From: a virus
Taxonomy: Duplodnaviria; Caudoviricetes
Length of the DNA stretch: 49,498 nt
Virus record (IMG/VR): IMGVR_UViG_3300036798_000539
Location: 1-49,498 of that record
Direction: 5' to 3' (one strand)
Part shown: one piece after another, positions 45,595-49,498 of the stretch
How positions within the stretch are numbered: position 1 is the stretch's first letter
Layout: each line of letters opens with the position of its first letter
Position numbers and translations under genes: made by a program
The notes under the pieces: model-generated
Seen by the model: only the letters and a program-made list of their open reading frames with translations
Database searches by the model: none
Told to the model about the DNA's origin: nothing

Positions 45595-45855
45595 TTACCT
45601 CTTATTAATTTCAACATACATATCGTCAAGCAACTCTTCTAATGGTCCAGTATACTCATCGCGAAATTTTGGATTGAACATTCCATCGAATTTCATTACA
45701 CGTACAATCCTAATTGCATTGTCCAGTCCATCCTGACTAGGACGATAAGGCCGTAGTTGTTCTATATATCCTTCGACAGTGTTTAATAATCCTATGAACT
45801 CCAAGCGACTCACCCTCTTCCGTTGACCTGTTTTAAGATCATACACTTTGGCCAC
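45595..45855 (-). CDS. Hypothetical protein
   Basis: GTG start with RBS AGGAG. Confidence 0.55.
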   Translation of the reverse strand: MAKVYDLKTGQRKRVSRLEFIGLLNTVEGYIEQLRPYRPSQDGLDNAIRIVRVMKFDGMFNPKFRDEYTGPLEELLDDMYVEINKR

Positions 45856-45932
45856 AGATGGCTCCTACCTGTAAAGCTATTGTACTATAGTCACGCCACA
45901 ATTACAAGTAGCACGATCAGTTGCCCACAATA

Positions 45933-45969
45933 AAATTTACTTTACATTCATAGTTTATTACACCACAAT
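45933..45969 (+). promoter_or_regulatory. Candidate promoter of the RAMP gene and repeat array
   Basis: TTTACA-N17-CACAAT, inside an 18-mer that is repeated just after the array. Confidence 0.5.
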
Positions 45970-46003
45970 GGGGTTATACACCAATCTAAGGTAAGGAACC
46001 ACA

Positions 46004-46567
46004 ATGAAAACTATCGAAGTAACCATCGTAGGCACGAATCCCATGCTTCAGAACAGATTCAGTGAAAAAGCTGAAGTGGCGGGGGAGGAGCAAACTCGAC
46101 CGGTAGTAGAAGACCACGGCACACCGCGTGAACAAGCTGAGAGAGCTGTGTACAGGAATGGTCATGGATTCTATTTCCCTGGCACTTGGATTGTCGGCAC
46201 TATCAAAGCTGCTGGCGGAAACCATAAACTCAAGGGTTCAAGAAAATCGGCAAAGTACCTTGTCCCAGCCGCAGTCAACGTTCAGGAAATTGACATTCCG
46301 GTTAGAAATGGTGATGGCAAGTCCTTGATAAAAGATTATGAAGTTGATAGTCGCCCTGTTACAATTCCTGCCACGAAGGGCAGAATTATGCGCCACCGAC
46401 CACGATTCGATGTTTACTCAGCAAACTTCACACTTCTAATAAATGAAAAGGTTTTACCAGAGGACTTTGTTCAGAAACTACTTACAGAAGCCGGGGAGCA
46501 GCAAGGAATTGGTGATTATCGCCCAACCTTTGGAAGGTTCCGCATTACCAAGTGGAAATTGGTGTAA
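46004..46567 (+). CDS. Stand-alone RAMP (Cas7-like) RNA-binding protein
   Basis: N-terminal strand IEVTIVGTNPML, YFPGTWIVGTIKAAG helix motif, thumb hairpin DSRPVTIPATKGRIMRHRPRF, C-terminal Gly-rich loop AGEQQGIGDYRPTFGRF; RBS AAGGA. Confidence 0.75.
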   Translation: MKTIEVTIVGTNPMLQNRFSEKAEVAGEEQTRPVVEDHGTPREQAERAVYRNGHGFYFPGTWIVGTIKAAGGNHKLKGSRKSAKYLVPAAVNVQEIDIPVRNGDGKSLIKDYEVDSRPVTIPATKGRIMRHRPRFDVYSANFTLLINEKVLPEDFVQKLLTEAGEQQGIGDYRPTFGRFRITKWKLV

Positions 46568-46570
46568 TGT

Positions 46571-47581
46571 GATACGCTGCGCTGCGGTAAGGTATGGTTT
46601 GGATTTGGCCCGGTATGGTGAGATGCGATATGGTAAGGTTCGGTGTGGTACGGTCGGGTGAGTAAGGTCCGGTTTGGTTCGGTGGAGTGAGGTAAGGTTC
46701 GGTGTGGTCGGGTAAAGTCAGGTCGGGTAAGGTTAGGCGAGGTTCGGTGTGGTATGGTACGATCTGGCGCGGTTGGGTCAGGTAAGGTAGGGTGAGGTAC
46801 GATGCGTTCAGGTAAGCTGCGGTCGGGTGAGATGAAGTGTGGTTCTGTGCGGTTCGGTTCGGTTTGGTAAGGTCGGGTTAGGTCTGGTCTAGTGAGGTGG
46901 GGTGCGGTCCGGTCCGGTGAAGTCCGGTGGTGTACGGTGTGGTCTGGTTAGGTATGGTCAGGTGAAGCGAGGTAAGGTGAGGTTGGGTTAGGTACGGTGC
47001 GGTGAGATGCGATTTGGTCGGGTGCGATGCGGTGAGGTCTGGTTAGGTTCGGTATGGTGAGGTATGGCACGGTCCGGTTCTGTATGGTCCGGTAAGGTGG
47101 GGTAAGGTGGGGTAGGGTGAGGTGAGGTTCGGTAAGGTGGGGTTCGGTCAGGCTGGGTGAGGTAAGATATGGTCAGGTCCGATCGGGTACGGTTTGGCGA
47201 GGTAAGGTTGGGTCTGGTAGGGTAAGGTTTGGTCGGGTAGGGTAAGGTTTGATAAGGTAAGATACGGTACGGCGCGGTCTGGTACGTTCCGGTAGGGTAA
47301 GGTGGGGTAAGGTGAGGTCAGATGTGGTAAGGTTCGGTCCGATTAGGTCAGGTGTAGTGAGGTGAGGCGAGGTAAGCTCCGTTCTGGTCCGGTCCGGTCG
47401 GGTAAGGTCGGGTAAGGTATAGGTCGGGTAAGGTGAGGTGCGGCGAGGTATGCTCCGGTAAGGTGAGGTGAGGTTTGGTCAGGTCTGGCGAGGTATGGCA
47501 CGGTCCGGTATGGTGGGATATGGTGCGACGTGGTGTGGTAAGATTGGGTAGGGTACGGTATGGTCGGGTGAGGTGAGGTTT
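46571..47581 (+). repeat. Non-coding array of ~200 GGY-NN pentamers, putative guide-RNA array
   Basis: Period-5 units such as GGTAA GGTTC GGTGT GGTCG; 152 consecutive in-register units (46661-47420); only three 1-nt register shifts; all 16 NN dinucleotides occur. Confidence 0.92.
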
Positions 47582-47618
47582 AAATTTGCTTTACATTCAG
47601 GCTTATTTGTGGCAGCAT
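47582..47618 (+). promoter_or_regulatory. Candidate promoter/operator directly after the array
   Basis: AAATTTGCTTTACATTCA (17/18 match to 45933-45950); TTTACA-N17-CAGCAT. Confidence 0.45.
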
Positions 47619-47702
47619 TAGGTATACGGGCGCGTCACGGGGCGCTTTTGCTCCTTTGTTTATGCGTCCTGTATCGTCAGCAACGAGTGACGCGTCTCAA
47701 GT

Positions 47703-47727
47703 CCCCCGAGCCTCCCTGGCTCGGGGG
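47703..47727 (+). other. GC-rich hairpin upstream of the acidic-protein gene
   Basis: CCCCGAGCC-TCCCT-GGCTCGGGG. Confidence 0.6.
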
Positions 47728-47753
47728 CACCCGCAACTCTAGGAGGAACTTCC

Positions 47754-48005
47754 ATGGCCGATACTCCAGAAGCTGAAGGCACCCAGGCTGAACCAGAAGC
47801 TGCTGCTCCGGCAGAAACTGCTCAGACAGAAACACCAGCACATGCGTCTGTCGGTGCCCCATATCAGGGTCTTTTAGATCAAGCTGCTGAAGAACATCCT
47901 TATGTGCCTGGTGAAGAAACCATTGTTGGACAACCGCCTGAGCCAGAAGTCGCTCCAAGCGAGGAAACAGCAGAGACTCCACCTGAAACTCCACCTGCCG
48001 CGTAA
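47754..48005 (+). CDS. Highly acidic, disordered small protein
   Basis: RBS AGGAGG; rich in E/P/A/T with no Lys or Arg. Confidence 0.65.
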   Translation: MADTPEAEGTQAEPEAAAPAETAQTETPAHASVGAPYQGLLDQAAEEHPYVPGEETIVGQPPEPEVAPSEETAETPPETPPAA

Positions 48006-48098
48006 ATACGCTTCACCCGATCTTTCGGGGTGGGCGTTTGGGTGCAGCGTAGGGGCGATGCTAGTTTGTGGCGAGCTGGTGTCGCCCCACCTAGACCC

Positions 48099-48127
48099 TT
48101 GCATTTCATAACTTTTTACATTATACT
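48099..48127 (+). promoter_or_regulatory. Sigma70-like promoter
   Basis: TTGCAT-N17-TATACT. Confidence 0.7.
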
Positions 48128-48169
48128 TTACAAGCTGGTACAGGGAACCAGCTAACAAAGGAGCGTAGA

Positions 48170-48553
48170 ATGACCGGCTGGAATTTACCACCAGGATGCA
48201 ATGTAAGTGATATTCCTGGTAATAGGCCAGAGGACGAAGCTGCGGAAGCTTTGTGGGACACCATTGCTGATATCCTGACGCTAGGCGGTGTTGACTGCAA
48301 TACAGAGGCAGCAGTAATGATGATTGATAAACTTACCAAGCTTGTAGGTGATACCTACGGTGAGGGTTATCAAACCGGTGGTGCCGATGCTGAAATGGCA
48401 CAGCAACGTGAGTACAAAGATGAAAAGCAAGAGCTTGTTGATGCTGAGATAGTGGTACCATGCGTGGATGGCACTGAGAACCACAAGTTTGTTATCAGTG
48501 ATGAAAATGAGAATGTCTGTTACTGTGAACGCTGTGGGTGTGTGGAATACTAA
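48170..48553 (+). CDS. Hypothetical protein
   Basis: RBS AAGGAG; GWNLPPGC..SDIPGNRPED N-terminus; C-terminal C/H zinc ribbon. Confidence 0.7.
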   Translation: MTGWNLPPGCNVSDIPGNRPEDEAAEALWDTIADILTLGGVDCNTEAAVMMIDKLTKLVGDTYGEGYQTGGADAEMAQQREYKDEKQELVDAEIVVPCVDGTENHKFVISDENENVCYCERCGCVEY

Positions 48554-48564
48554 AGGAGGAACAC

Positions 48565-48741
48565 GTGGACACAAAGTTGATCGAAACATTGCTTTCCACC
48601 ATTGCCGACGTTATCCGTGCAGATGGTGACTGGAAAGGAAAGCGTGATGCTATACTCAATGAGTGCAGCATCGATGATCGCACAAACCTGGGTGAGTTAG
48701 TCGCGTGGTTTGAGGAAGCGGAGGAAGAGGAAGGTGAGTGA
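48565..48741 (+). CDS. Hypothetical protein
   Basis: GTG start after AAGGAGG. Confidence 0.55.
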   Translation: MDTKLIETLLSTIADVIRADGDWKGKRDAILNECSIDDRTNLGELVAWFEEAEEEEGE

Positions 48742-48997
48742 GGAACCTAGTGGCCGTATAGGCAAGACTAGTGGCGAATTTAGCGTTTGCCAGTTCTTTA
48801 AGACTGGTGAATACGAATATGTGCGCCGATGGGTCAGCCCAAGAGAAGCTGTAGAAGCATTCAGGCACTATACGCATAACGTCGCTACGAAAATGGGCGT
48901 AGTCAAACGAGTTATTGTTACTGATGGTGGAGATTGTACCAATATGGAGTGGAAATACGGTGAAGGTATAACGTTCCCTCCAAAGGAGCAAGGATAA
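48734..48997 (+). CDS. Phage hypothetical protein
   Basis: FSVCQFF..G.YEYVRRWV...RVIVTDGGD.TNMEWKYGEG.TFP. Confidence 0.65.
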   Translation: MSEEPSGRIGKTSGEFSVCQFFKTGEYEYVRRWVSPREAVEAFRHYTHNVATKMGVVKRVIVTDGGDCTNMEWKYGEGITFPPKEQG

Positions 48998-48998
48998 A

Positions 48999-49214
48999 AT
49001 GGCTTATACCCGAAAGAATTTTCAAACTAAGAAAGAACTCCTGGAAGCCGTTGCACTTGGCAATGTCAGTGTCTTTCAGCCCGGACCATTTGGTCCAGAT
49101 GTAAAGGATGGCATTGCCCATATCGAAGGACCACAATTTCCACAGCCTCATAAGTGGTATGCTGCTGTGGAAATTAAGGATGGTGTAATCCCTAAAGGGA
49201 GCAAAGTGAAGTAA
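48999..49214 (+). CDS. Phage hypothetical protein
   Basis: NFQTKKELLEAV..G..V.VFQPGPF...IEGP.FP.PHKWYA. Confidence 0.65.
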   Translation: MAYTRKNFQTKKELLEAVALGNVSVFQPGPFGPDVKDGIAHIEGPQFPQPHKWYAAVEIKDGVIPKGSKVK

Positions 49215-49354
49215 CACCTCTTGTCAGGACAACTCCATTCGGTGGGCGTGGGCGTCGAATCTCAGAAAGGTGTTCTGCCGTCTGGCAAGAGGCAGAGGTC
49301 CATTTACGGTTCAAGAACACCAACCCACGCGACTATCATAAAAGGGAGACAATC

Positions 49355-49498
49355 ATGACTAATGAAACAGTATTAGATCTTCTCGAAAACTACGAGAAGC
49401 CGGTGGACTTAAACGTAATAAGAAATCGGGCTCGCGAACTACGAGACGCATATCTAAAAAAAGTTGATCTGGAACAACAGCTCAAACTTCTAGATAAC
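49355..49498 (+). CDS. Hypothetical coiled-coil protein, truncated by the window end
   Basis: RBS GGGAG; MTNETVLDLLENYEKPVDLNVIRNRARELRD... Confidence 0.55.
   Translation, partial: MTNETVLDLLENYEKPVDLNVIRNRARELRDAYLKKVDLEQQLKLLDN

Noticed and set aside
46571-47581. CRISPR array, telomere-like repeat or sequencing artefact
   Set aside because: There are no 23-47 bp direct repeats with spacers. The units are too diverse for slippage or an artefact, yet strictly phased and sharply bounded by a stop codon and a repeated 18-mer.
46443-47581. Protein-coding repeat (e.g. ORF 46443-46661 running into the array)
   Set aside because: Period 5 cycles frequent TAA/TGA/TAG through all + frames, and the ORF track shows no long ORF on either strand.
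1-49498. tRNA genes, DGR/reverse transcriptase, introns/inteins, alternative genetic code
   Set aside because: No cloverleaf or T-loop context, no RT motifs, no interrupted core genes, and the standard code gives dense full-length ORFs ending in all three stop codons.

Overview
This window is about 49.5 kb of a tailed dsDNA phage with a contractile tail (myovirus type). The host is probably an alphaproteobacterium, inferred from signal-peptide style and the phage NusG gene. Bases 1-30.8 kb on the minus strand carry the morphogenesis module: TerS, TerL, DUF1073-type portal, NUDIX-DUF2213 protease, scaffold, cement protein, major capsid protein, neck, sheath, tube, chaperone, two tape-measure-like proteins, baseplate and the start of a tail fibre. 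Bases 31-49.5 kb are an accessory/early region of many small ORFs with sigma70-like promoters, a stand-alone integrase arm domain, a NusG-like gene, an AEP primase-like gene and a repeat-rich putative origin. The outstanding feature is at 46004-47581. A lone 187-aa RAMP/Cas7-like gene is followed immediately by a non-coding array of about 200 five-nucleotide units (near-constant GGY plus a freely variable NN), almost perfectly in register. This looks like a non-CRISPR, repeat-encoded guide-RNA system with a gapped dinucleotide code. Also notable are an 1889-aa tape-measure-like protein with six predicted hydrolase domains, small beta domains reused across tail proteins, and a 12-copy intergenic RCTTTACA motif. 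All family assignments come from motif recognition by eye; no searches were run.
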